Assembly: GCA_039714975.1 (NCBI GenBank)
Contig: JBDLIH010000007.1
Coordinates: forward strand, 4,199-68,198
From: Pseudomonadota bacterium
Lineage (GTDB): Bacteria; Pseudomonadota; Gammaproteobacteria; UBA9214
Length of the DNA: 64,000 bases
Direction: 5' to 3'
Of the stretch, positions 8,356 through 18,233 are shown one piece after another. The notes beneath the pieces are model-generated. The model was given only the letters and a program-made list of their open reading frames with translations, was not told the origin of the DNA and did no database searches. Positions within the stretch are counted from its first letter, which is position 1. Every line of letters starts with the position of its first letter. The position numbers and the translations under genes were made by a program.

Positions 8356-10238
8356 TGGTCTCGCGCGGCACGCCGCACGCGCACCACGCCCAGGATTATA
8401 GCCAGCACAATCACCACCAGTGGCACCAGTGCGATGTTGATGATTTTCAGCCGGGTTCCCAGCAACTCGATATCCTTGCTGAGCGCATGCTGCACATTAC
8501 GCAGGTCTTTTCTTATTTGAATATGCTCAGCCCTGAATTTATTGATTTCATCCAGTTGAGCCTCGCTCATCACCGGCTCGCCCGTCTCGCTGGTCACTTC
8601 TTTCTGCAGTTCCCTGATCTTGTGCCCGGTCGCACTCAGCTTCTCCTGAAGCAGCAACTCCTTGATGCGGAATTCCTGGTCTGCAGCAGCCCTGAGATCC
8701 GCAACTCTTTCAAACGGCCTGACCGAGCGCCCGCGACTCCTGAGGTTGATGAGGTCATTACTGCCACTGAGGTTATCCAGCGCATTGATGACAAAGGTAT
8801 CGTTATCGGCACTTGGTACTGCGGCACGCCTGCCGTAAAAATCCTGAAAGCTCACCCAGAACATGTCCCGCAGCATGTCGGTATCGGCAACGATAATCAC
8901 ATTCGCCGGCTCACTTGATTCTGTCAGACGGCCTGACTCCCCGCCCCCATTGATACCCTCCGGGAAGGCGGATAGCACGTTCCCATTGACCCTGGCCGCC
9001 AGCACGAATGGTTCACCGCCAGACTGGTAGGCCTGCAGCAGTTCCTCGGGGCTGGTAAAAAACTGGATGCTGGCGGCATCGATCGGCATGGACTGGTCGC
9101 TGGTCATGACCATGGGTGTGAAACGTGTTTTCGCCCCGGCGCGCTGGCGCAGAATCCCGGCACTGCCCATCACCAGACTGTTCAGTCGGCCACTGACAAA
9201 GTCCTCGCGACTGAAATTATCCTCCCCCAGAGTCAACCAGGCGACATAGTCCACGACGCCCTTCTCCTGCCCGCCCACGGTAGACTTGATACGGGTTGCA
9301 GCCTGCCGGTCGGCGGCAACCAGGTAAGGCACCAGTTCAACCCCCCACGCCTCCATCAGCTTCCCGAGGTCCGATGCACGCGCCGAGGTGACGTACTCCT
9401 GTTCGCCCTCTGCCGGCTTCTCGATTTCCACATCGGCCTCGGCAAACGGGTCGAGGAAGGCGAGTACGCGGCCACCACCCAGCACGTACTGGTCAATGGC
9501 AAACAGTGTCTTCTCATCGGTTTGCTTCGGATGCACGATCATCAACACATCAACATTTTCAGGAATCGATTCGGGCGAATTCCCCAGGTCCTGTATATCA
9601 AACGAACGTTTTAACTGGGTCAGGATGAACCACTCCTGCGTCCTGTCGAGAAACACGTTGGCTGGACCACCATCCAGCGGCAGGGAGGAGATCAGTCCGA
9701 CCACCGGTCGTTGCGGATTCGCCAGGCCATAGACCAGCCCGGACAGTTCATACTCCAGTGACTCTTCCTGCTCCGGCTGAAAATAGGGTAGCGCGCGCCA
9801 TTTCCCGGCGGCATTGCCCCCAACCAACCCGAAATAGGCCAGACTGCCGGCCGTGTCCACAGGCGTCCCCTGCAGGCGGTAGTGCATTGCCTCGGCCTCT
9901 TCATCGGAGAATGGTTCCGGATTTTTGACCACCAGCTCGATCTGGCCGTCTGCCAGCGCGACGTATTGCTCAAGCAACTCCTTTACCTGCTGGCCATAGG
10001 TCGTGATCGCCGGCATACCACTGAACAGCTGTTCGGAGAAATAGAAACGCAGCGTGATTTTCTCATCAAGATTGCCAAGGATGTTCTGCGTACCCTCTGA
10101 CAGGGTGTACAGGCGGTTTGCGGTCATATCGAGATGCTGACCCTTGAGGAATACCCCGGCGGCCAGGTTGATAACAATCAGCAGCACCGCCACTGCGACC
10201 AGACCCGCCCCGGAAAATAATTTCTGCCCCTTCAGCAT
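8352..10238 (-). CDS. GldG-like ABC-transporter auxiliary component (large periplasmic protein with N- and C-terminal TM segments)
   Basis: Sits in an operon with an ABC-2 permease and ATPase and overlaps the preceding TPR-methyltransferase ORF by 4 bp. GldG-like size and topology, with an N-terminal TM segment (AGLVAVAVLLIVINLAAGVF) and a C-terminal one (IINIALVPLVVIVLAIILGVV). Confidence 0.6.
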   Translation of the reverse strand: MLKGQKLFSGAGLVAVAVLLIVINLAAGVFLKGQHLDMTANRLYTLSEGTQNILGNLDEKITLRFYFSEQLFSGMPAITTYGQQVKELLEQYVALADGQIELVVKNPEPFSDEEAEAMHYRLQGTPVDTAGSLAYFGLVGGNAAGKWRALPYFQPEQEESLEYELSGLVYGLANPQRPVVGLISSLPLDGGPANVFLDRTQEWFILTQLKRSFDIQDLGNSPESIPENVDVLMIVHPKQTDEKTLFAIDQYVLGGGRVLAFLDPFAEADVEIEKPAEGEQEYVTSARASDLGKLMEAWGVELVPYLVAADRQAATRIKSTVGGQEKGVVDYVAWLTLGEDNFSREDFVSGRLNSLVMGSAGILRQRAGAKTRFTPMVMTSDQSMPIDAASIQFFTSPEELLQAYQSGGEPFVLAARVNGNVLSAFPEGINGGGESGRLTESSEPANVIIVADTDMLRDMFWVSFQDFYGRRAAVPSADNDTFVINALDNLSGSNDLINLRSRGRSVRPFERVADLRAAADQEFRIKELLLQEKLSATGHKIRELQKEVTSETGEPVMSEAQLDEINKFRAEHIQIRKDLRNVQHALSKDIELLGTRLKIINIALVPLVVIVLAIILGVVRVRRAARDQ

Positions 10239-10265
10239 TACACTGCACCTGTTATCATTTTACTT

Positions 10266-11000
10266 TTAATCCGACTTCTTCATCTCGACGGCAATGATGT
10301 TTGCCAGCAGCCAGCAACCGATAAACGAAAAAAAGAACACCAGGTCACGCAGATCGATCACACCCTTTAGCATAGAATTGAAGTGGGTGGTAATACTCAT
10401 GCCACTGATAGTGTTGATCAACGGCTGCGGCAACCAGGCCTGGAACAGATCCAGTACCATCGGTGTGCCGGAAAGCATGAAGACAAAACAGATGACCACG
10501 GCAATCACAAAGGCAATCACCTGGTTGCGTGTGAAAGCCGAGACACAGGACCCGACAGCAAGATAGGCGCCCGCCATGAGATAACTGCCGATATAGCCGA
10601 CCAGGATCACAGGATTGTCCGGGTTGCCCAGGTAGTTCACCGTTAACCAGATCGGGAAAGTCAGCATCAGCGCAATACCGGTGAAGGTCCAGGCAGCGAG
10701 GAACTTGCCGGCAACCGCCTGCCAGGTGGAGATCGGCAAGGTCATTAGCAATTCGATGCTGCCTGACTTGCGCTCCTCGGCCCACAGCCGCATCGACAAG
10801 GCAGGGATAAGAAACAGGTACAGCAGTGGTTGATAGTCAAAGAAAGTCTGCAGATCGGCCTGCTCACGTTCGTACCAGCCACCCACGTAGAAGGTGAACA
10901 CGCCATTCAGTGCCAGGAAGATCACAATAAACACATAGGCTACCGGGGTGGTAAAATAGTTGCCCAGCTCACGCCGGAAGATGGCAGCCGTCGCACTCAT
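10266..11000 (-). CDS. ABC-2 family permease (GldF-like)
   Basis: Six predicted TM helices. Overlaps the ATPase gene by 4 bp. Confidence 0.7.
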   Translation of the reverse strand: MSATAAIFRRELGNYFTTPVAYVFIVIFLALNGVFTFYVGGWYEREQADLQTFFDYQPLLYLFLIPALSMRLWAEERKSGSIELLMTLPISTWQAVAGKFLAAWTFTGIALMLTFPIWLTVNYLGNPDNPVILVGYIGSYLMAGAYLAVGSCVSAFTRNQVIAFVIAVVICFVFMLSGTPMVLDLFQAWLPQPLINTISGMSITTHFNSMLKGVIDLRDLVFFFSFIGCWLLANIIAVEMKKSD

Positions 11001-11962
11001 GACAGATCACCCTCATCCACCGACCCGCCATGCGAGGTAATCCGCCGGAACACCTCGTCCAGCTGACCGGTGGCAACATAGACCTCTTCAATTTCCCAGC
11101 CCTCGTCTCGAACCAGACGGGTGACCTGCCCCACGATGGACACGCCGCCTCCGGGCATCACAATAAGGCGATTCAGTGCCTGCTCACGATTCACCCCGGC
11201 GACATTATCCAGTGCACTCAGACGTTGCTCGGCAATATCCGGAAGCCCGCCGGCGAAGGTGATAGTCACCGCATTGTGCTGTCGTGACATCGCCTCCAGT
11301 GCCTGTGGCGTGCCATTAAATACCAGCCGCCCCTGCGCAATAATCACGGCACGGTCGCAGATGGCATTCACCTCTTCCAGAATGTGCGTGGAAATGAGGA
11401 TGGCCTTGTCTCGCGCCATTTCACTGATCAACTCGCGCACTTCGTGCTTCTGGTTAGGATCCAGCCCGTCTGTGGGTTCATCCATGATTAAAATGGGAGG
11501 GTCGTGCAGAATTGCCTGCGCCAGACCCACGCGACGCTTGAAGCCCTTGGACAGGGTATCGATGGGTTTGTGGATCACACTACCCAGGTTTGCCTTCCGG
11601 ATAGATGAATGAATACGGTCCTGCTTTTCCGTTCCCCGGAAACCACGGATATCTGCAATAAAACCCAGAAACCCGGTGACGGTCATTTCACCGTAAGCCG
11701 GAGCACCTTCCGGCAGGTAACCGATACGCTGCTTGACTTGTGTTGGATACTTGCCGACATCGAGGCCATCCACCCGGATCTGCCCGCCACTTGATGCCAG
11801 GAAACCGGTGATCATTTTCATGGTGGTGGACTTGCCCGCGCCATTCGGGCCAAGAAACCCCAGCACCTCGCCCCGGTTCACATCAAAACTGACGCCATCC
11901 ACTGCAGTGAAGGCACCGAACTCCTTGCGCAGAGACTCAACTACAATTGCGGACTCCATCAT
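10997..11962 (-). CDS. ABC transporter ATP-binding protein (GldA-like)
   Basis: Walker A GPNGAGKST, signature LSKGFKRR, Walker B ILIMDEPT. Confidence 0.85.
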   Translation of the reverse strand: MMESAIVVESLRKEFGAFTAVDGVSFDVNRGEVLGFLGPNGAGKSTTMKMITGFLASSGGQIRVDGLDVGKYPTQVKQRIGYLPEGAPAYGEMTVTGFLGFIADIRGFRGTEKQDRIHSSIRKANLGSVIHKPIDTLSKGFKRRVGLAQAILHDPPILIMDEPTDGLDPNQKHEVRELISEMARDKAILISTHILEEVNAICDRAVIIAQGRLVFNGTPQALEAMSRQHNAVTITFAGGLPDIAEQRLSALDNVAGVNREQALNRLIVMPGGGVSIVGQVTRLVRDEGWEIEEVYVATGQLDEVFRRITSHGGSVDEGDLS

Positions 11963-12594
11963 TTAGTGCTATTAGCAGGCTCGGCTGGTTCCGGTACAGC
12001 GCCCTCTTCTTCCCCAGGCCAGTAGGTGGTAAACGTCTGTTCGACCAGCAGGTGGTCCTGATACCAGATCTGGAAAGTCCACTCGCCCTCCACCAGCTCA
12101 TAGTCCTCGTTGAAGGCATAGCCGTCAAAGCCAATCACCTGTCCAACGCTCAGGCGACCCTTGAAGGTACGCTCGGATCCCATGGTTGTGGACTCGTCGG
12201 GTAAGCTCATCTCGGGATGAATCAGGACCTTCCTCAATTCAACGGCCGGTTTTTTTGCCACTTCCGTTGGTAAATCCATGATGCGGTAGCGATAGGCAAA
12301 ATAGGTATCCTTTACCAGGGGAATGCGGTCGGTCTGTTCAGCCAGTTCAAGAACCGGCTTGTTGATCACCTTCCCGGTGTTTGCGGTTATTTCATCCCGT
12401 ACCCGGCCCTTTCTCTGTGCGTTATATATTCCGTGTTCGAAAACCCTGCCGTTCGGATCCTTGACGTCTGCGGGCTGCGCCCGGGCTTGTGTGTCCGCAG
12501 TGTCGGAATCCGTATTCGTTTTGCTGTCATTGTCAGTAGCCTTATCGCAGCCGGCCAGTACGGCCAAGACCAAACACGCTATCAGGTATTTCAT
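11959..12594 (-). CDS. Lipoprotein of unknown function, first gene of the ABC operon
   Basis: Start refined to MKYLIACLVLAVLAGC (lipobox LAGC). 4-bp overlap with the ATPase start. Confidence 0.55.
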   Translation of the reverse strand: MKYLIACLVLAVLAGCDKATDNDSKTNTDSDTADTQARAQPADVKDPNGRVFEHGIYNAQRKGRVRDEITANTGKVINKPVLELAEQTDRIPLVKDTYFAYRYRIMDLPTEVAKKPAVELRKVLIHPEMSLPDESTTMGSERTFKGRLSVGQVIGFDGYAFNEDYELVEGEWTFQIWYQDHLLVEQTFTTYWPGEEEGAVPEPAEPANSTK

Positions 12595-12744
12595 GGAATC
12601 CCCCTTTGTACAGAAAAACATTTTTAATGTTATACCTTAAAACAAGACAAATCAGAACAGGGAAAGTTTCCGCTTTAACCAGCAGGCCATGTACAACAAA
12701 GAAGGGGCTTGCGCCCCCTCTCCGGTATGCAGTATTACCTGCCC

Positions 12745-14139
12745 TTAGTCATCCAGTGGCAGTCCGCTCGGCACGCCGTTGACAACATCCTGGTCACTGC
12801 GAAGGTCAAGACTGGCCGGGTCCGTCAGCGCATTCAGGAAGTCGATAATGCGATCGACGTCCTCATCACTGTAGGCAAACGGGTCCAGCTCGTTGTGAGC
12901 CGCGATAAAATCAACACGATCCGGATCATCCATGGCGATATAGTTCTCCGCATCCAGGGTCGGATGGGTCGGAAGGACTGCCTGCCGGTTGCTGTTGTAG
13001 GTATAGAGTGCGTTGACCGCATCCACGTGGTGTTCGACAACTGCGCGCAGTGTATCGTAGGCACCGCCATGACCATAAGGTGCAGTCAAAGCCACATTAC
13101 GTAATGTTGGAGTGCGGAACTTGAGCGTATCTGCCGGATCTCCGGTTACCTGCTCACGACCAAAGTCTTCATGGCCACCGGTCTTGCCAGGGCTGTTACT
13201 GCCGCGGCCTGAGCCAATCTGCGGCATTGCAATAGCATGGAAAGAATTGTCGGTCTGGTACAGGCCACTGTGGCAGCTTGCACAGGCATTGCCATTACCA
13301 TCACCCTCGTAGAACAGTTCCATGCCGGCCAGGGCATTTTCACTCATGGCGCCTTCGTCGCCACGGAGCAACTGGTCGAAAGGGCTGTTATCCGCACGCC
13401 AGGTTTCACCCTCAAAAGCCGAAATGGCATTGGCGGCATGGGCATAGGTGATATCACCGGCGCTGAGTACGTCGCCGGGGAAAGCGGCTTTAAACATATC
13501 AACGTATACAGGAATGGCCTGCAGGCGTTGCGCCAGCTGCTCCCAGACACCGCCAGGATCGGCCAGGTTACCGGCACCTGCTGCATCGGCAATGGAGTTC
13601 TCACCCGGCTGACCCGCCATTTCTGTACCAGATGTCACAGGAAACATGGCCTGACATGCCAGCACGTTTTCCAGGTTGCCTGGCAGATTGTGACCAGCCG
13701 GTGTCTTGCAGCCGCTTGGGAAGCCTTCCCCACCGACGGTTGTCACACGGCCATCGTGGAACATGGTGTGGAATGAGTTGTCACCCAGATTCCATACATG
13801 CGGCGCATTGCGTGGCACACGTTCGACGACCAGATCTGCACCTGAACCCACATTACGGGTTACACCCAGACCTTTACCACCTTCACCAACGGGTAATGAA
13901 AGACCGTCACCGGTACCTGTCAAAGAGTGGTGGCAAGTACCGCAGGAAATGTTCTGATTACCACTCAGGATCTTATCGAACATCAAAACCCGACCCAATT
14001 CTACCTTTTCTGCACTCGGTGTGCGGAAGTCATAATTGGGTTCCGGCAGATCGAGACCGTTGCCCTTGGCGTTTACCGTGCCACTGATTCCCAGCATCGC
14101 GACAGCGACAGCGGCAGCAATACAGCTATTTGTTTTCAT
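12745..14139 (-). CDS. Di-heme cytochrome c peroxidase / MauG-family enzyme
   Basis: Signal peptide. Two heme c motifs, CGTCHH and CASCHSG, spaced as in the CCP/MauG family. Confidence 0.8.
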   Translation of the reverse strand: MKTNSCIAAAVAVAMLGISGTVNAKGNGLDLPEPNYDFRTPSAEKVELGRVLMFDKILSGNQNISCGTCHHSLTGTGDGLSLPVGEGGKGLGVTRNVGSGADLVVERVPRNAPHVWNLGDNSFHTMFHDGRVTTVGGEGFPSGCKTPAGHNLPGNLENVLACQAMFPVTSGTEMAGQPGENSIADAAGAGNLADPGGVWEQLAQRLQAIPVYVDMFKAAFPGDVLSAGDITYAHAANAISAFEGETWRADNSPFDQLLRGDEGAMSENALAGMELFYEGDGNGNACASCHSGLYQTDNSFHAIAMPQIGSGRGSNSPGKTGGHEDFGREQVTGDPADTLKFRTPTLRNVALTAPYGHGGAYDTLRAVVEHHVDAVNALYTYNSNRQAVLPTHPTLDAENYIAMDDPDRVDFIAAHNELDPFAYSDEDVDRIIDFLNALTDPASLDLRSDQDVVNGVPSGLPLDD

Positions 14140-14396
14140 CGTATAGTCTCCCCATTATGTTTAAGTGCACTTTGGCTTGTGTAGATATCCAGACAACAGG
14201 CAGTGCTCGTTCCCGAAACCCTGCACTGAAAAACAATACAAACGACTGACGTTTTCCAGACACCCGCCCCCTTGTCATACCTGTCGTGACAGGCTGATCT
14301 AGAATCAGTCTTTGTATTGATGAAATTCAGACCGAATTTATTCCCTGATTTTTACCCGTTGTAAAAATGGCAGGGAAGTATTTTGCAGGCGAGCAT

Positions 14397-14429
14397 AAAA
14401 AACCGGCGGGCAGTTGCCTGCCACGCCGG
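14397..14429 (-). terminator. Rho-independent terminator downstream of the 239-aa secreted protein gene
   Basis: On the minus strand: CCGGCGTGGCAGG-caa-CTGCCCGCCGG followed by TTTTTT. Confidence 0.6.
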
Positions 14430-14541
14430 TAGAAGCTAGTCTTGCACGTACGGGGAAGCGCGCAAGACCGAAAGCTTTTCTTCAACGGGCTATCAAATAA
14501 ATCAGGCCTGTCGAGTTAAAGCTTTTTTAGACGACCTGGTA

Positions 14542-15246
14542 TCAGGGATACTGGAACCAGGCTTCACGCTTGCTCGGAGACAGGCCATGACCGAGACCAT
14601 CCTGGCAGTGTGACACGATGCGCAGCATGAACGGACCGCCAATTCCTGCATCAGTTGGATTCACAATTGTTGTCGGAATCGGCTGAGCATTGGGGTTTTT
14701 TGTCTGCGCAAGCAAATGGTCGGCATGATCCATTCTGTTGAATGGATAGGAACCACCCAGTACCGGGAAATCCAGGCTGAGGTTTAACACACCTTCACCA
14801 TCGGAGTTGGTTGTGAAACCGTTTGGCTGTGTAGAGCTACCGGCTCCAACCCAGTCAGCGACCAACTGAGCCAGGCCACTACTGGGTGCCAGAGGTGTTG
14901 CACCACCACCGGTGATCGGGCTGCCACCGAAACTTGCGCCATGGGCAGCGCCTTTCATCCGCACCCACACGGTATACAGTGTGTTGGGCGCAGCGCCTCC
15001 CACTTCGATCTCTACCGTACTGTTTCCATTGGTCTGGCTGATCACAAGCGAAGCGGTTGCATCCTGCCAGCTGTTACCGCTCGGGTCTACCGGGCATTCT
15101 GCTTCCACAGTGTCACCACTGCCACTGGCGCTGCCTGCAGGCCGACGGCTGAAGTCATCCTTCAGGGTCGCGGCCTGGGCGATACCAGAAAGGGTAAGCC
15201 CGCTAACTAAAGCGGCGATTGCTGTTGTTAAAATGGAACGTTTCAT
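14542..15246 (-). CDS. Secreted protein of unknown function
   Basis: Signal peptide MKRSILTTAIAALVSGLTLSGIAQA. Gly/Thr/Ser-rich. No recognisable motif. Confidence 0.5.
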   Translation of the reverse strand: MKRSILTTAIAALVSGLTLSGIAQAATLKDDFSRRPAGSASGSGDTVEAECPVDPSGNSWQDATASLVISQTNGNSTVEIEVGGAAPNTLYTVWVRMKGAAHGASFGGSPITGGGATPLAPSSGLAQLVADWVGAGSSTQPNGFTTNSDGEGVLNLSLDFPVLGGSYPFNRMDHADHLLAQTKNPNAQPIPTTIVNPTDAGIGGPFMLRIVSHCQDGLGHGLSPSKREAWFQYP

Positions 15247-15404
15247 TAGAACTCCTCCCAATTATTGCTATTTAAAAGTAAGTATTACTACTTCTTGATA
15301 AAAAGACCTGTTATCGCCCTAAGGCTCCCCCCGGCCTTTAAACGTGGCCTCCGGCAGGCGATACGCCGCCCGCCGGAAGACAAGTGCTTGCTATTGCTAA
15401 CTGC

Positions 15405-17009
15405 TTACTGAATGAACGCCTCGTGAATGACCATCAGCATGCGCGGGTCGACGAAGTCATCGACGAGCACATTATTGCCATTGGCCCGGCCCAGGTAGGT
15501 CGCGATTGGCTGGGCACAACCACTGTTGTCAGCACCCGGGGCTTGGCTACCATCACATGGGGTCGTTTTGTCCCAGCTTTCGGCGAGATCGTTAAACTCA
15601 GGATTGCCATCAGCATCTTCCGGCAGGATCGAGTACTCGCCAACACCACCACCCGGAACGAAGCACGGAGCCGGCGGAACCCCACCCGTTACCGTGCAAC
15701 CCGGATTGAAGGCAGACGCTGCAATTAACAGGGTTTCCACATCACAGGCCGTGCCATCAACACCAGGACCACCGATGTTGTCACAGGCCACGGCGGACAT
15801 GCGGTTGGGACGGATACCGGCAATGACGTTCACACCCGGGTCCAGACCAATGGTGCGATCCGGTGAGTCACTGCCCAGATCGACAACCTGGACCTTCTGA
15901 CGGAACACGCCCGGGTTACAACCACCCGGTGTGCCGGGAATTTCTCCCTCGAGGCAGTCCCTGGAACGTTCCCGGTCGGTCACGTAGATGGTACCGTCTT
16001 CGTCATAGCCCCAGGCACGCAGCGAGTCGCGACGTGACGGATCATCGGCCGGTGTACCTGGACGCATGTCGATCCAGCGAGTAATGACAGCATTATTTTC
16101 AGGTTCGTCAAGCTCGAATGAATCGTCATCCTTATTGGAACCTACGCCAGCGACTTCATCAGAAAGACCGGCTTTCCAGTCAACCATGGCGATAGCTGCA
16201 CCGTGGAACATACTGACGCCCATGCCTTCCTCAGAGAATGCAAGGCCAGCCATACAGGTCCAGCGAGCATCTGCATCAGCAGGCTGGTTGTATTCGTCGA
16301 TTACATTCAGAGATTCCTGATCCAGCACCAGCACACGGCTGTTGGCAGAGCGAGCAGCTGTCTGGTACACCGGAGGGAAGAACAGGTTGGAGGCATTCGC
16401 TTGCGAGTCGTCACCGCTTGGGCTGACTGAATCCGAGTTCTGCGCATTGAAGAAGTTGGCATCGCAGATGGCCTGTACGATATTTCCGTTCGGCATCATC
16501 TGGGTACCCAGTGGACGCGGCAAGGAACCACGACCAGCAGGACCTGTGGGGTTACCCAGCAGTGGTCGGAAAGACACTGTGCGGATCGGGGTGCCATCAC
16601 GATGGAACTCGGTCAATGACTGCTGCGCCGCACTGGTGATGAAGGCGTGGCCGTTCAGACCACCGGACAGTACACCGGTGGGCTTGAAGGGACCGGGGCA
16701 TTCCTGTGAATCTGGACAAATCGGGCCACCAGCATTACCGGGATTGAACGGGTTGTTTACCGTGATACCGCGAGCACCGGTGACAATGTTAACTTCCAGC
16801 ACGTTACCTGGACCATTAGCGGCCGCCCATCTCGTTGCATCAGGGTTTGCAGGTGAAGGGCCGTTCATCGCATTAGCCATCATAAAGTTGGCCTCGAGAC
16901 AGGCCGGTGTACCGACGTCATCAAGACCATGTGCTGCTGCCGTGCCCACGGCTCCTGCAAGCAGGGCACCGCTCATTGCAGCAACGGTTTTTTTAAGTGA
17001 CATATTCAT
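15405..17009 (-). CDS. Secreted protein of unknown function (534 aa, Gly/Pro/Asn-rich, many Cys pairs)
   Basis: Signal peptide MNMSLKKTVAAMSGALLAGAVGTAAA. No recognisable catalytic motif. Confidence 0.5.
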   Translation of the reverse strand: MNMSLKKTVAAMSGALLAGAVGTAAAHGLDDVGTPACLEANFMMANAMNGPSPANPDATRWAAANGPGNVLEVNIVTGARGITVNNPFNPGNAGGPICPDSQECPGPFKPTGVLSGGLNGHAFITSAAQQSLTEFHRDGTPIRTVSFRPLLGNPTGPAGRGSLPRPLGTQMMPNGNIVQAICDANFFNAQNSDSVSPSGDDSQANASNLFFPPVYQTAARSANSRVLVLDQESLNVIDEYNQPADADARWTCMAGLAFSEEGMGVSMFHGAAIAMVDWKAGLSDEVAGVGSNKDDDSFELDEPENNAVITRWIDMRPGTPADDPSRRDSLRAWGYDEDGTIYVTDRERSRDCLEGEIPGTPGGCNPGVFRQKVQVVDLGSDSPDRTIGLDPGVNVIAGIRPNRMSAVACDNIGGPGVDGTACDVETLLIAASAFNPGCTVTGGVPPAPCFVPGGGVGEYSILPEDADGNPEFNDLAESWDKTTPCDGSQAPGADNSGCAQPIATYLGRANGNNVLVDDFVDPRMLMVIHEAFIQ

Positions 17010-17246
17010 ATGGTTCCTCTCCTTTTCTTATATATAAACAACGATCGTTGTGAAGAAGACACGCCTGATCAAGCACAAGACGCCCCTCTCACTAGTAGAC
17101 GCACCCGGGGATGAATTTATTCCAGTGTTTTTAATTGCGGGTTACAGCTTATTTGATGATTATCCAAATATTCAGCTGCTTACACTGTGAATTGTTTCAG
17201 GTGATATCAGGACAGGAAGATCGTGCAGGGAATCCGGTCGGTCACA

Positions 17247-17263
17247 ATGAGGATTTTCCCTAT
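17247..17263. promoter_or_regulatory. Recurring palindrome, copy 2 (ATGAGGATTTTCCCTAT) upstream of csrA
   Basis: Right half-site is identical to the copy at 6079. The left arm is degenerate. Confidence 0.35.
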
Positions 17264-17387
17264 AGGTGCACCCCCCGGACCGGAGTAGTATCAAGCACGT
17301 TTCTTTAGTAACAGTGGTCCCGGAACAACATTCCAGCCTGGAGCCTGTCACGGAGAGAGCACAGACCTGACAAGGAGATAACATATC

Positions 17388-17576
17388 ATGTTAGTACTTA
17401 CGAGGAGAGTCAATGAGACACTGATGATCGGTAATGAAGTAACGGTGACCGTGCTTGGTGTTAATGGGAACCAGGTAAGGATCGGCATTAATGCACCAAA
17501 AGAGGTGGCCGTGCATCGAGAAGAGGTTTATGAACGCATTAAGGCCCAGGTGGACCTGAAGATGGTAACGAATTAA
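17388..17576 (+). CDS. csrA: Carbon storage regulator CsrA/RsmA
   Basis: [53 protein letters not shown] is canonical CsrA. Confidence 0.9.
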   Translation: MLVLTRRVNETLMIGNEVTVTVLGVNGNQVRIGINAPKEVAVHREEVYERIKAQVDLKMVTN

Positions 17577-17648
17577 TCCCTGGTAACCTTAACAACTCCA
17601 GTAAACACAATAAAAATAAATTTACAAAAACGAGAATAAAGTGGTTTT

Positions 17649-18227
17649 GTGAATCATCTATTATGTGGGGGCGCAGTAATGATAAAAAACATGATTTGTG
17701 CAAGCCCGGCACTGAAAAGACGGATTGCCGATTCAAGAGACCGTCTTTACCGTGTCGCATTTTCCTGGTGTGGCGATGAAATGCTTGCAGATGACCTGGT
17801 TCAGGAGGCCATTGAAACAGGCATTCGTAAAAGACGACAGCTAAGGGATGAAAGCAAACTGTTTCCATGGCTGTATCGTATTCTGAACAATGCATGGTAT
17901 GCGCATCTAAGGAAGGACAGGACACATGAAATGCTGGATGACGACATGCCCACTGAGGATATCGGGCCATGCAACATTTGTCAGGAACTTGAATTAGTCA
18001 CACGGGTGCGTGCAGCAGTTGCATCACTGCCACGAGACCAGCGACAGGTAGTCTCTCTGGTCGACCTGGGCGGGTTACCATACTGTGAAGTTGCCGAGAC
18101 ACTTGAAATACCCATTGGTACGGTTATGAGCCGGTTACACCGGGCAAGAAAGGGGTTGCTGGCCAGTATGGATGGTGCTCCTGCTGAATTAATGACAACC
18201 CGGGGAAACATACGTCTAGTGGAGTAG
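17649..18227 (+). CDS. ECF (sigma-70 family) RNA polymerase sigma factor
   Basis: Region 2 (YRVAFSWCGDEMLADDLVQEA) and region 4 (LEIPIGTVMSRLHRARKGL). Start may be the internal MIKNM. Confidence 0.8.
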   Translation: MNHLLCGGAVMIKNMICASPALKRRIADSRDRLYRVAFSWCGDEMLADDLVQEAIETGIRKRRQLRDESKLFPWLYRILNNAWYAHLRKDRTHEMLDDDMPTEDIGPCNICQELELVTRVRAAVASLPRDQRQVVSLVDLGGLPYCEVAETLEIPIGTVMSRLHRARKGLLASMDGAPAELMTTRGNIRLVE

Positions 18228-18233
18228 TGTTGT

